This document shows, piece after piece, positions 35,487 through 48,941 of a stretch of DNA of 64,000 nt. A program made the translations under genes and the position numbers. Under the pieces are notes generated by a model. It did not search any database. It was not told the origin of the DNA and was given only the letters and a program-made list of their open reading frames with translations. How positions within the stretch are numbered: the stretch's first letter is position 1; each line of letters begins with the position of its first letter. The stretch comes from Enoplolaimus lenunculus (Eukaryota), in contig JASANG010002509.1 in the NCBI GenBank assembly GCA_030248215.1, positions 186,001-250,000 of the forward strand. Direction: 5' to 3'.

Positions 35487-36405
35487 AACATCATGAACAA
35501 CATTTGTAGTCAGCGATACGAAATCGAAGCTGTTTTGACCGATTCAATGATGCTTAACAAACACCCCGCAGCCTGATAGCACCAGCGTTTGCCTAAAGTA
35601 TGAAGTTAACTTTGCTATCGTTTTTTCTCGTTTAAGCGAAAAATTTTTCAGTTTACTATCTTTAATGATTTGGAATAACTTCTTACAAACTTAAAAAAGA
35701 AACAAATCTTGAACGTGTGTCTGCTTTGTGAAATGAGAGTAAAGCCGAATAAAAACATATTAAGAGCCTTTTTAAGACGCATCCTTTGACTTCGAAAGCC
35801 ACTTGAAATTTTAGTTGCGTAGTCATTTAAGCCCAAAAAAATTAATTTTACGAAATGAAAACAATAGGTTTAGAAAAACAATATTTCTAGACCTTAATGG
35901 ACTAAATTTTGTTGCTGTTGATGCGCAGGCGTTTGAATATTTGACCCATGTAAAGATCAGGGGCGGAACGTTTTTTCTTCGCAACTGCAATAGAGTATGC
36001 TTTAAGCTTTAGACAAATTTTTTTCTTGCCTACATTTGTAACAACACATTTAAGTGTTATTAAAAGTATATTCTAATGTAATGAACTTACACCGCACAAA
36101 ATGACTAACATAAGCGAAAGGTGTGTGGTCCAAGTAATTGGAGTTGGAATAACGAATAACAGTCCGGATTCCGACAGCGACATGGGTACCGTCGTGAGAG
36201 GCGAAATAAATATCAGAAACATCTATCTTATTCGGGCCATTACAGTACTTGATTTATCAATTGATCCAGAAGCATTCCAGCAAAAACTCTTTCATTTAAT
36301 TTGATCATATTTTACATTTAAAACAAAGCTGACTTATTAACCTACAGACAATTTGAAACCTGAACATTCAAACAGAATAATCATGGTTGCTAGCTTGTAG
36401 CATAA

Positions 36406-36538
36406 GGCCCATGTTACTTTAATGGGCGTCCAGGTTTCTCCTGTGGGTCCATAAAAAAGTAGGTTTATATTCTAGATTTCATTTTTTGCTTAGGCTTATG
36501 CTTTAAGGTTTAGGCTTCCCCTTACAGTAACATTGGCC
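36406..36538 (+). mobile_element. Telomere-repeat MITE, subfamily B, short
   Basis: ggcccatgttacttta ... cagtaacattggcc. Confidence 0.75.
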
Positions 36539-36873
36539 AAAATATGTGATAAATAAAAAGCTAAAACACAAACGATTTGTTAAATAATTTAGCGATTAAT
36601 CGCTTATTTAGCGAGCAGCTAAAAGGCAAAAGTCACAAAAATCTGGTGCATTTTGGCAATAGAAAACATTTACGCATAACAATCCGGGTTGAGTAAAGTT
36701 TGCAAAAATATGTCATATCTCAAATCTGAGCACGCACGCTTGCTTAAATATAGTGGCATAAACCGCTTATTTGTTATAGTTTGGTTTATTTTTGGGTCAC
36801 CCAGCATTGTTTTTGACACTTGTTCTAAGCGGGTGGGTGGATAATTTTTTTTGCAACTCTCCGCGCACTAATT

Positions 36874-37042
36874 CACGCCCGTAGCCAGCTCTCCTTGCTA
36901 CTGGGGGCTAAACAATGCCCAGGACGTCCATTCAAGGGATTTCAATGAGTTACAAGCAAATTGAAAATTTTGTAAATGAGGTAAAATTTTTTTCCGGGGG
37001 CTCAGCCCCCCCCCCCCCTGGCCCCTCTTGGTTACGAGCCCG
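36874..37042. mobile_element. hAT-like MITE family H
   Basis: cacgcccgtagcca ... tggttacgagcccg; TSD cactaatt/cacttatt. Confidence 0.75.
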
Positions 37043-38075
37043 CACTTATTATACGGTTGATCTATAAAAGAACTAATATCAATCGATAATAGTTTAGGCA
37101 ATATGAAACAAGAAACTTTAAATTCGAACAATCCTGTTCGCTCACGTGAACCAAAATGAAAGCAACTGATATCTCGAAAATATTAAGCCATAACTCATAT
37201 TAACTAAAGCTAGAACGTTATCCTTACTATACTTGAAGGTATAAACGGCTTATTAGCTTGCAGTTTGGCCAAGAGTCCATAATGGCTCGGGTCGAGAGTT
37301 CGCAACTGCCAGAAATGTTCCGTGGTTCTAAATGTACCAGCGGGCGTTGCGGTTTTGGCTGACCCTAATATTTAGGGGGTAGAAAACGTTTGAAACGCAG
37401 ATTACACATATGTTTTAAAAGAAAAAAGATAAACAACTTTACAGTATTGCAATATTTTAACATTACCCCCCAAAATAAAAGGGAGTAGGCTATTAAAGGG
37501 TGGGTCTTTACCCGCGGGTACCCGTGGGTACGCGCGGGTACCTGCGGTTAACCACGAGTCGGATAAGAAATTTCAGCCGCAGGGAAAGACACGCGGGTAA
37601 AAACATCAATTTTGTACCCGCCCCAAACCATTACAAGAGTTGCTGCAAGTTCTCGCAGCAAAAAGTTGCACGGATGAATAGGGCTTTATTTTAGTTGGGT
37701 TTCAAATTTTGTTGTTTCTAGTAAGCATTCAGGTGTAAAATTCATTGGAGCTATAGCGCAAAACTTTATTTTACAGCTCAAATCAGCGACGATCTTTAAA
37801 ATACTGATTTCACTTCAGGCGCCGGTAAAAGGTGGGTCGTGGGTAGATGTTTTCAGCGTGTGAGTAAACCCTCGGGTAAAAAATTCATTTGCGTGAGTAA
37901 CGCGCGGGTTGGGTAAAAGCTGCTTACTCACATCCCACTCCCCACTCTGGGCCATGAACGCAACGTGCGCTGGGTACACTCGTTAGTACACAGAATGTGC
38001 CTGGTTGTGCACTCTTGTTGAAATTATTCGTTCTTAGTTTGGGCTCAAAATCACATGCATTTCAACAATTCTATC

Positions 38076-38280
38076 GGCCCATGTATAGAACAGGGCCGGA
38101 AGTAGTATAAGCATATTCCTAAGCCTAAGCCTAAGATTAAGCGTATGGATGAGCCTATTTCTAAACCTAAGCCTAAGCCTAAGCTTAAACCTAAGCAAAA
38201 ACAATTTAGTCTAAAGCTTAAACCCAGTGTCTATTACAGCCCCTGCCGAAAACGATCCATCCCTGTTCTATGCATGGGCC
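38076..38280 (-). mobile_element. Telomere-repeat MITE, subfamily C
   Basis: ggcccatgtatagaacaggg ... ccctgttctatgcatgggcc; exact TSD attctatc. Confidence 0.92.
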
Positions 38281-39082
38281 ATTCTATCAATGTGTGCACC
38301 TGTCATCTATCAGGCAAGAATTAAAGTTTGCTAAGCTTAGAGTTTAGTGAAATTTTGTAAATGAACAATGAACAGATTGAATAATTAAGCCTACAGTTCA
38401 ACTGACCTCAGATATTGCAGCAAATAGTTTGGGCACGTGATAACATTTCAAAACCATATGCCGTAGACGCAGGCGGCCAGCCAAAGACAAAATCAGTCAA
38501 CAAAGGCTTCAGCTGCGAGTGACGATAAAAGCGTTGAGATAAATCGAGATTTCGTATGCCTTTTAAATCAACATTCATGACTGTACCGATGGTGTTGATA
38601 AGCAGGTATGTGTCGCAACTTTTTAGGCTCGCAGCTAATGGTATAATTGGTGCCTTGGGTTTAGTCGAAATGCCGTCAAACATTTTAAAGTATACACTAC
38701 TTTTTGGACACTTATTCCAAAATGTATTAATGTCGTAAGCCAATCTGCTATTCAGGCCAAACGTTTGAAATTAAATTATTTGAAGCTTGTTTTTCGCAGA
38801 GAGAAAGCGAAATTACACGCGATTAGATTTCAGCTGACAAAACACGGCATACCGCCAATGTTACATTGAACGGCGTAAGAGTAGCATAAACATGTTCCTA
38901 AGCTTATAAGCAAGCCAATAACTAAGCCTATGCCTAAGATTAAAAATCTGTGCAAAACTTGAACTTACTGTCCCGCATAACGATGGTTCAGCCTTTAAAG
39001 TAACATGGACCACAATTTCAAAATCGGCTTATTACGTTTGGATCGACATTAAAGTCTTGCTCATTTCTTACGTTTAGGCTTA

Positions 39083-39865
39083 TGCGGGGTTCACGTTATA
39101 AATGGTGCAGCTGGGCCACGTTTTGTCACGACGTATATATTGGGTAACATTTTGTCTGCGATGTAACCCAATATGATATTCAAAAAACAGTGGTTGTCTG
39201 CTAACATCACGTATCGGTCACGTTTTGTCTTTCAATATCATATGATATTCCCTACGTTGTCTGTCAATATCATATGATCATTTTGAAAATGTCTACTGAG
39301 TCAGCTGCATAACTAGGTTTGGAATATCATATGATACTAATCGACATGTAATTGGCGGGAAATTTAAATTTTGGTGGGAAATATAAATTTTGGCGGGAAA
39401 TTCAAATTTTGGCGGGAAAATTCAAATTTTGGCGGCAAATTCAAATTTAGACGGGAAATTCAAATTTTGGCGCAAAAATTCAAAATTTGGCGGGAAAATT
39501 CAAATTTTGGCAGAAAAATTCGAATTTGGGAGGGAATATTCAAAATTTTAGCGGATTGTATACGTCTTAAACTTGCTAATGGAATATCATATGATACTCC
39601 AAATCCGTCTTTGAATATCATATCATATATGCTGTTATTTTGAAATATCATATGATATTCAACAATATGTCTGATTATGTCACGTGACATTCGAACACTT
39701 GTATGCTGAGATAACATGAATACCCGTTCTTTGTATAGCAATATCACATGATATTCGACTTTTGCTTGTCCGTATCATATGACGGTAACAAAAATTTATG
39801 TTGATGTCGAATCAACATGTGACAAATCGTGACCCGACTGCCCCAGTTATAACGTGAACCCCGCA
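39083..39865. mobile_element. TGCGGGGTTCACGTTATAA-TIR element nested in the TTAGGC tract of a telomere-repeat MITE (host ends at 39950)
   Basis: ttaggctta|tgcggggttcacgttataa ... ttataacgtgaaccccgca|ttaggctta; repeated atatcatatgata palindromes; 19-20-bp minisatellite at 39352-39555. Confidence 0.9.
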
Positions 39866-40453
39866 TTAGGCTTAGGAATATGCTCATTTTTACGCTAGGC
39901 TTAGGAATATGCTTATAATACTGTTCCGCCCCTGTTCTTTACATTGGCCAAATATTTTCAAACACTTATATGCATTCAAGATACCTTCTGCTTGAATATA
40001 CGACCAGAAGATTAACTGTTTGTAGTTCAAAATGTTTGCTTTTTCTCTTCTAAAAATAGCAATAAACTGACATTTGCCGACGAAACAATGCAGTGTAGAA
40101 ATTTAGAATTAAATAAACACTAAAATATCTTCACACAGATATTCTTTAATTGTTTTTTGCAAATAAATTTAGGGTGTTTTCGGTTATTCTCCGCCAGCCG
40201 GCGTTTGCCAAAAAATGGTTGAATTTTAGAAATTGTTGCATATTTGAGATTCACATAACCTTCGCTGTTTATTTCACGCCCAAATTTTAATTTTTGAAAA
40301 ATTCAATTTTTAATGGTCACACGGACCTCAATAAGAACCCAAAAAAAAATTTTGTCAAAAAGTTAAAGAAATTATGCACCAGTCAACGAAATTTCGCAGT
40401 TTTTAGAGTTGAGTTGAATGGTGTTAAATCTCCCGACGTTAGAAAGTTGCCTA

Positions 40454-40883
40454 CTGTAGTGACCCGAATAAGAGGGTGGACTGATATTTATTTGGACTCT
40501 CCGGAGGGTGCCTCCCCTGTTATTCGGTTACGGGATGTTGTTTATTTTCAACCCGCCCTCCGCGACCCTTCGCTACTGACATATCCGGCATTGCAACTAT
40601 TTGTTGAATTTTAAACGATTTTTGCATTGCATCAAAAGCTTGAACAATAATACAAGTTTATACTCTGCAATGTAATTTTCAAAACATAAGTACGCTTGAA
40701 AATTTCGAACTCAACTTTATTTGGTCGTTGAGTCATTTATGCGCTAGATTTAGAGATAATTGACATTTATGGACTCTAATTAGGGTTTAAGGACTCTATC
40801 CGCTCACGGACTCTTATTAGGGAAACAGACTCCTATTGATTGGTACTCAAAATGGGGACCCCCTCTTATTCGGGTCACTACAG
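40454..40883. mobile_element. MITE family S, complete
   Basis: ta|ctgtagtgacccgaataagaggg ... ccctcttattcgggtcactacag|ta, perfect 23-bp TIR. Confidence 0.92.
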
Positions 40884-41929
40884 TATACGTAGTGTACGTG
40901 TGTATGTGCATAGGTGTAATGTAACATCACACAGGCTCATATAGCACTACACAAATATATGATATCGGTCGCGGGGTGCAGCGAGGTTCGATTCCCGGTG
41001 TGGCGGATATGTTTCGGTGAAATTTAGGGGACAAACCATGTATATTCGCAATACTTCAAAACATCTTCTTTTGCATGCCTATAAACATACTTTTGAGAAA
41101 CGTTTCAATTTTTGTCGAAAATATGACGGAACAAACTATAATTGCGTCTTTGGACACTCGTCAACGACATTTTATGCAACTGTGACTCTTGTGGATTTCC
41201 TCGACAATTTACCGTAAAAGCTTAGGCTTAAACTAAGTCTCAGTCTTAGGCTAAAAGAGCGTTCACAAAGCGACTATGTTCTAGAAAACTGTATACAGAA
41301 TTAAAAATACTGAAACCTTTGATGAAATATTACATTTGTATAAAACATTATACTAAATTAGCGTGATTAAAGTTTAACGTTTTGCCGTATGCACTTAATA
41401 CTTTTGGGATCTGGTGGCACCCTGAAAGGTACAACGGAACCATTTAGCCAAAACACTACATCGGTAGTATTTTGACGGTGGTTACATGATTTTCGATATA
41501 CTTCATATTAAACCCGTGATCGTAGTACAAACCACGAATATTTCAAATCGAACCCGTGGGATTTGACATTATGATAATATCTGACGTACAACCTATTTCG
41601 TGCAGTACTAAGCACTGATTTTATGAAAAATGTCCAATCAGATCGCTTCAAATATTACGTTGATTTTTCAAGCCCGTAGCCTGAGAGAATCTGCGGGGGG
41701 CGGGGTGAGTCTTTGTTTTTTGTACCACTCGAGTTCGCGAGTAAATACTGCTTAATCGTTGTATGCCACTCCTGAAAATTTTAACTCCCTCCAAACATGT
41801 TGGGTTGACAATAGCCCTTTGATTTCATCGGGTATTTAGTCAACAGAACGTTACTAAGAACAGTAGCGGAGATATATTGTTGTGAGGCTCATAGCTTTCG
41901 AAGCTTTTTATGACATATTTGAACGTAAG

Positions 41930-42213
41930 GACCAATGTAAAGAATAGGGGCGGAACAGCAGTATAACCATATTCCTCAGCCTAAACCTAAGCCTAAGCCA
42001 AAGCCTAAGCGTAAGAATGAGCATATTCCTAAGCCTAAGCCTAAGCCTAAGCCTAAGCGTAAGAATGAGCATATTCCTAAGCCTAAGTCTAAGCGTAAGA
42101 ATGAGCATATGCCTGAGCCTAAGCCTAAGCCAATGAAAAAATAGTCTATAGCTTAAGATTACTCTATTGCAGTCCCACAGAAAAACGTTCCGCCCTTGAT
42201 CTTTGCATGCGCC
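41930..42213 (-). mobile_element. Telomere-repeat MITE, subfamily A (3 cores)
   Basis: gaccaatgtaaagaataggggcggaac ... gttccgcccttgatctttgcatgcgcc. Confidence 0.85.
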
Positions 42214-42754
42214 AAAGTGAGGCATCTCATTTTTTGGCAATTTTTAGCTGAAAAAAATTGCACAAAATTTTTATTTTTCCGTTGTTAAAATTCTAAGAAT
42301 ATTTGTTCCCTTTAAAGCAAGTATGTCCTATGTTATCCCGGAAACTTGGGACATTGAGAGATCGTTTAAACTCCAAGACATCGTTAGAATTCAGATATGT
42401 AAGCCCCGACACATTGGCCCAAAATATAACCACGTGCGCCCAAAATTTATATCATTTTGATATTGCTCGTTAATTCTTTTAATTTGTTCATAGTTTTGTG
42501 TTTTATTATTGTATAGATTTAAGCAAAAACATTAAAATATAATCTTTTCCTAAATAGTTTGCTTTACACAAGTAAGTAGCAACGGCATCATTAATCACTG
42601 ACATGTTTAGCTTGCTGTTGATGACTATTTTTGCTTTATTTTTCCTATCACAAATAATTTGGTTGTAAATTGTTTTTGAAAACGAGAAAATTTTCCGTCA
42701 TTTGATGGTTGCTATTTTTCACTTTTTTTCAAATTAACACAATGCGGATACAAT

Positions 42755-42915
42755 AAGCTTAAGCTTTAGATTAATTTTTTTGCTTCGCTTAGGCTTAGGC
42801 TTACGCTTAGGCTTAGGCTTAGGCATAAACTCATCCTTACGTTTTGACGTAGGCTTGGGCTCAGGCTTAGGAATAAGCTGATAATACTGTTCCGGCCCTG
42901 TTCTTTACATTGACC
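42755..42915 (+). mobile_element. Telomere-repeat MITE, 5'-truncated
   Basis: aagcttaagctttaga..(ttaggc)n..ccctgttctttacattgacc. Confidence 0.75.
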
Positions 42916-44658
42916 TACAAAGCGCAGCAGGTTAACGTTTAATATCAAAATTAGTCAAGTCGTTACCGATTATTTCAAAACTCCACTCGAAGCCTAAAGA
43001 CTCAACCTGAGGTTGTGGGTACAAAAAGCGTCTAGGAACCCAAAGTTGATCAAGTTATTTGAACCTAAAATCGTAAAATTGCCTCGCCCCTGTGAGGTCA
43101 ACCGCACCGTTTCCCAGCTGTCAAGTATAGACTGTTGAGAACCTAAAATACTCGTTTTCGAGATGGAAACGTTATGAACCAACCAGCAAAAAACAGGTAT
43201 ATAAACAACGCGAATTTCGGAACAATTATTAATTTTATAATTTCTTTAACTTTAAATTGACTGCTAATTTGTTAACTGGAATCGTTCTCGGACCTAAAAA
43301 CCCGACGACATTTAAGGCATAAAAACAACTTGGTCGGACGGACCCAAAAAAACCTTATTTATCATGTGTGGGTCATATGTTTTTATGCGGGCAACGGAGC
43401 CTACCAGCCTGAACCAGCCGCTTTTTAGTTTAGACTTTTTATCACGGAACCAAATCTGCGCAAGATTTCATGCGCGTATTTTAGCCAATTCTGTTTAGTT
43501 TTTATATGACATTAGTTGGGTTTTGCTCGGCGCTACACCTACTGGTGTTGGCTCATGTGTAAGTGAAACCATGGCGTAGACATGAAAGCGGACGTGAGGC
43601 CCAAGCACCCCTTTTTTATGAGTTGAACAAATTCATTTTTAGTAATAAGTAAATGTTAGCTGAGACAAGTGGGCTTTGAAACCAAACCATTATGTGGGTC
43701 AATAGAGTAAATCTGGTATGGCCCTGTCTAACCCAAAATTCGGGCTACGTCTATGAGTTGAACCAAATTTGATGTGATGAGAAAAATATAATATTGTTCC
43801 AGATTCGTAGACAGCGGACGTGGGATTAGATCTTTCGCAATCCATATACGAAAACTTATTTTTTCGGTAATTTATGGCCTGACGTGATAATTTTACGTAA
43901 GCTTATACTAAAGTGTTATAGCTGAACCTCCACGAATGGTTACAAACCTTTGGCTCTATCCATGCCCCCCTCTCAGTTAGAAATGCTGGCTATACACCTG
44001 GTTTTAATCAGCATTGCAGACAATAATACCGGATGACGGTTAAAGATTAATATGAATCATATGCGTAGAAAGCAATTTTTTTGTCTCGTTCTATGCTGTC
44101 TGAATATTAATATTCTTGAACCGCTACGTCTTGCGCAGTTGGATTCAAGCTACAATTGATCTGGGGGAATGTATATTTTGGCATGGATTACACGAATAAA
44201 ATCAGTAGATCATAATGAAAGCAATCCTACCGTACGGTTCACACAAAAAAACATTTTCTGATATTCAAAAATATTTTCTTAAATTTAAGACAATTGTGTT
44301 GCTGATTTTTGAGACATATATGTCTTAGAGACAAGATTTGCCAGAGAAGTCGTCTTCAAAATTGGGTATTCCGCTGAGCCAAATACCATAATTTTACAAC
44401 ATTTACATATGTTCAAGTTGTAAACTTAGGTTGGAGGAGCCAACCCGAGATATCTTTGAAATTCGTTGACCTCCGACTCCGGTATTTTCCGCCTCCGGAT
44501 GTCCCTGATCACTCTCCATCAACATATAAACTTTTCGTAAAGGAGTGCTCCTGTTTCCGTATACCTGCCGGCACCCACGGTTATCGTTGCAAGCTCAGCT
44601 TACATTTCCCTGCTTATTATTTATTGGACAAAATGCACCTAAATACTACTGATTAGCT

Positions 44659-44829
44659 GGCCCATGTCACTTTAGGGGGCGTCCAGATTTCTGATGGGTC
44701 CATAAAAGAGTAGGTTTATATTCTAGATTACATTTTTTGCTTAGGCTTAGGCCTAGGCTTCGGCTTAAGAATACATTTTTGCAACGCTTAGGCTTAGGCT
44801 TAGCCTTTGGAATATACGCTTAATTGGCC
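44659..44829 (+). mobile_element. Telomere-repeat MITE, subfamily B
   Basis: ggcccatgtcactttagggggcgt ... attggcc; exact TSD gattagct. Confidence 0.88.
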
Positions 44830-45122
44830 GATTAGCTTGTATCCATTTTCCACTTTTCAGAAACATTTTTCCAATCAGATTTCTACATTTCTGTTTCGAT
44901 TTAGAAAATCATGATTTTAATTTCTGTTGGGAATTTACGTCGTATATCATGTATGTGATTGTTTCACAAATTTCAAACTGAAGCCGTCCCAATTCCAATT
45001 TGATCAAAGTTTTCTTTTCTGTGCACATACACACACCGCTACTATCTAGCGAATCACATTTGCCGAAACTTTTATTATCAAATGGCTGATGTTTTTGGTA
45101 GCTCGTTTTCGTTTTAGCGGTG

Positions 45123-45321
45123 TGCCATCGTAAATAACAGGGGCGAAACAGTATTATAATAGCATATTTCTTCACCTAAGCCAAAGCCAAAGCGTAAGAA
45201 TGAGTTTATTCCTTCGCCAAAGCGTAAACCTAAGCATAGCAAAAAAATTAGTATAAAGTTTAAACTTACTCTATTTGCAGTCCCACAGAAAAACGTTCCA
45301 CCCCTGATCTTTACATCGGCC
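45123..45321 (-). mobile_element. Telomere-repeat MITE, subfamily A, decayed
   Basis: cccctgatctttacatcggcc end; TSD tagcggtg/tagcgatg. Confidence 0.8.
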
Positions 45322-45590
45322 TAGCGATGTAACACACTGAAATCCTTTGGGATCAACTTATATAATGGCTAAATGATTATTGGCTTCCCAACTTTTATTC
45401 GAGGATGTTTGTACTTTTTATTTGGATACAGCAGGTTTCTGTGCTGTATGAAACGTTTTTGTTGTACATTTCGTGAAACGGAATTCGGTAAGTATTTGCT
45501 TACAAACCCATGTGCCAATCCGGTATTTTAAAATGTTTGTAGCATCCTATTTCCAGTTGAACACAATTGTGACTAAATGCAGACAAACAA

Positions 45591-45748
45591 CGGACCCGTA
45601 TTCAAGGGGGAGCCTAGGCGGGGCTCAGCCCCCCCCCGGGAAAATTTTGGCACCCTTAGAAATTTTTCAACCTTGCTTGTAAAGCTTTGAAAACCATTAA
45701 ATGCCCCTACTGAGCCCAACCAAGCAACGTGAGCTGGCTACGGGCCTG
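45591..45748. mobile_element. hAT-like MITE family H
   Basis: cggacccgta ... tacgggcctg; exact 8-bp TSD acaaacaa. Confidence 0.8.
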
Positions 45749-46295
45749 ACAAACAATGGAAAAAATTTGAAATTTTCGTGTAACACTATCTTCCAGTTTC
45801 GGCTATGTGTAGGAGCCGCCCACGCGGGATATGATGATATCGTTTCGATTTTCTTAGGTTTGCCTGTGGTTTATGAAACGGTATGCAAATTGAGGTTAGT
45901 AAGCTTTATGTTTGCTCACATGAAGAAGTTTTGGACCGGTAATGCAATTTATCGGTTAGCGTTGTTTAATTGTTGATTATGCTAATAAACATTCGTCTGC
46001 TTTTGTATTTTTGCCTGGCTCGCGCTGCGGGTCAATTTTACACACAACAACATCAACCCCCGACATAAGCACACGGTCGCAAATGCTGGCGCATGTGTAT
46101 GTTAGGCACATGGTTTACTCAAATTCTTGTACGTTTCCCCCCGCTCGTCACAGTTTCTGATATATGGTTTCAGATTTTGGCATAACCTACGTTTCCAGTG
46201 TAAAGAACAGGTCCGTAAATAGTACTAAACGCATATTCATAAGTCTAAGCCTAAGCTTAAGCGTGCAGATAAGCTTGACGGGCGCCGGCGCATAG

Positions 46296-47501
46296 TGACA
46301 GACGGCGTCGTACGGGCGACGGACGGCGTCGTACGGCTGACGGACGGCGTCGTACGGCTGACGGACCGCGTCGTACGGGTGACTGACGGCGTCGTACGGC
46401 TGACGGACGGCGTCGTACGGCTGACGGACGGCGTCGTACGGGCGACGGACGGCGTCGTACGGGTGACGGACGGTGTCGTACGGGTGACGGACGGCGTCGT
46501 ACGGCTGACGGACGGCGTCGTACGGCTGACGGACCGCGTCGTACGGGTGACTGACGGCGTCGTACGGGTGACGGACAGCGTCGTACGGCTGACGGACGGC
46601 GTCGTACGGCTGACGGACGGCGTCGTACGGCTGACGCACGGCGTCGTACGGCTGACGGACGGCGTCGTACGGCTGACGGACGGCGTCGTACGGCTGACGG
46701 ACCGCGTCGTACGGGTGACTGACGGCGTCGTACGGGTGACGGACAGCGTCGTACGGCTGACGGACGGCGTCGTACGGGTGACGGACGGCGTCGTACGGGT
46801 GACGGACGGCGTCGTACGGCTGACGGACGGCGTCGTACGGCTGACGGACCGCGTCGTACGGGTGACTGACGGCGTCGTACGGGTGACGGACAGCGTCGTA
46901 CGGCTGACGGACGGCGTCGTACGGCTGACGGACCGCGTCGTACGGGTGACTGACGGCGTCGTACGGGTGACGGACAGCGTCGTACGGCTGACGGACGGCG
47001 TCGTACGGCTGACGGACGGCGTCGTACGGCTGACGGACGGCGTCGTACGGCTGACGGACGGCGTCGTACGGCTGACGGACGGCGTCGTACGGCTGACGGA
47101 CGGCGTCGTACGGCTGACGGACCGCGTCGTACGGGTGACTGACGGCGTCGTACGGGTGACGGACAGCGTCGTACGGCTGACGGACGGCGTCGTACGGGTG
47201 ACGGACCGCGTCGTACGGGTGACTGACGGCGTCGTACGGGTGACGGACAGCGTCGTACGGCTGACGGTCGGCGTCGTACGGGTGACGGACAGCGTCGTAC
47301 GGCTGACGGACGGCGTCGTACGGCTGACGGACGGCGTCGTACGGCTGACGGACGGCGTCGTACGGCTGACGGACGGCGTCGTACGGGTGACGGATGACGT
47401 CGTACGGGTGACGGATGACGTCGTACGGGTGACGGACGGCGCCGGACGATACCGTATATGTGACGGACGGCACCGCAAGTAAAAAAAGTATAGCGCAACC
47501 C
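46296..47501. repeat. CpG-rich 21-bp satellite (GACGGACGGCGTCGTACGGCT, about 55 units) ending in an AAGTATAGCGCAACCC|TTA element terminus
   Basis: Array about 46296-47440; terminus at 47486-47501 shared with 9195-9209, about 32550-32566 and, inverted, 62674-62690. Confidence 0.93.
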
Positions 47502-47735
47502 TTAGTTTTATTTCGCCATACGAAGGTTTTATATTAATTTGAATATTTTTTGATAAAATACTTGCGTTTATTGCACGAACTGAATGCGAAGTGTTCCAAT
47601 AGTAACAGAGTACAACAACTATGGTATAATTATGATTTTATCGTAAGTACAACTTGAAGGTCACAGTTTGTAATTTTTTTGTAAACGTCAGCATAAAAAT
47701 GCCGCAATTATAGCTTTGAGTTGAAAACTTGTAGC

Positions 47736-47812
47736 AATTTTCGACTTAGAATATTCAAACTCTATTGTAACAGAGAATTTTCGACTTAGAATATTCAAAC
47801 TCTATTGTAACA
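47736..47812. repeat. Direct duplication, 37 bp with period 40
   Basis: aattttcgacttagaatattcaaactctattgtaaca occurs twice. Confidence 0.9.
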
Positions 47813-48691
47813 TAGATAAAATTAAATATGTATTCTATTAAACATAGGTTGAGTAACAAAAAGTTTACGTTACATCATTGCTTTAGTTTTATTTCGATAG
47901 ATTAAGACTCGAGTTAGTAGCCATACAAGCACCAAGGACACTCGGGCCAGCGGTCTTAGAAACACTTTGACCCTCGTAGTAAAGTTTCGCCGCTGTTTAG
48001 ATAATTGCACTTTAGTTCCAATTCGAAACGTTTTTGATTGGTCTGTTTTTGGAATTTTACGATTTGTACAAATTTTGTCAATTTGTGCGCTAAATTTAAT
48101 TGGTTGTTAAAAAAGGTATGTCATGGCTCATTAACCCATTCGTCCACTAATAGCGCCATGTACGAATATCGGGCTGCGGTTCGTCAGCGGGGTTCAGTTG
48201 ACAAAAAATGCCAAAAGCTACAGCAGTTGCAACTTTTCCAATGTCTTAATACTGTACCTGTAATTGCTTAGGGTACTCAACGGGGCGCGGATGCACCCTT
48301 TTACACATATCGACCGATGCCAACGATTCTTAGCCAGCCATATCAAAAGCTAAAACGAAAGATCGTTTAAGGTCTTGCTGGAGTAACATTAATATTTGGC
48401 AGCAGTACAATGCGATGCATTACACGAAATTTGGTTCGGCACAAATACCGGGCAACCATTTTCAAGCTACGTTCAATTATTATTTATTTCCAAATCTCAA
48501 GTGGTAAATTTGGGGCAATTAATAGCAATTGATTTTAAGCAACTTTTAGCTTAAAAAGCATGTTACCTTTACCATTGATTGTTTGTGATTCAGACCCCGT
48601 AACAGACGCAGGGACACACTGTCAGCATTATAATAAAAATAAAAGCTAATAAGTGTGTTGTAATATTGTTGACATAAGTGTTTCCAAATTT

Positions 48692-48941
48692 GGCCCATGT
48701 AAACATCAGGGGCGGAACGTTTTACCCGTGGGACTAGAAAAGAGTACGCTTAAGCTTTAGACTCATTATTTTGCTTGGCTTAGGTTTACGGTTAGGTTTA
48801 GTCTCTGGAATATGCCCATTCTTACGCTTAGGCTTAGGCTTAGACTTAGGCGTAGGCTTAGGAATATGCTTATCAACTGTTCCGCCCCTGTTCTTAGGAA
48901 TATGCTTATGAACTGTTCCGCCCCTGTTCTTCACATGAGCC
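48692..48941 (+). mobile_element. Telomere-repeat MITE, subfamily A, with duplicated 3' subterminal segment
   Basis: ttaggaatatgcttat.aactgttccgcccctgttct occurs twice before the end. Confidence 0.85.

Noticed and set aside
40933..41005. B-box GGTTCGATTCCC suggesting a tRNA
   Set aside because: No matching A-box, D-arm or acceptor stem.
46187..47498. Four ORFs of about 400 aa (PYDAVRQ and similar repeats)
   Set aside because: The 21-bp satellite is open in several frames on both strands, so these are artefacts of periodicity.
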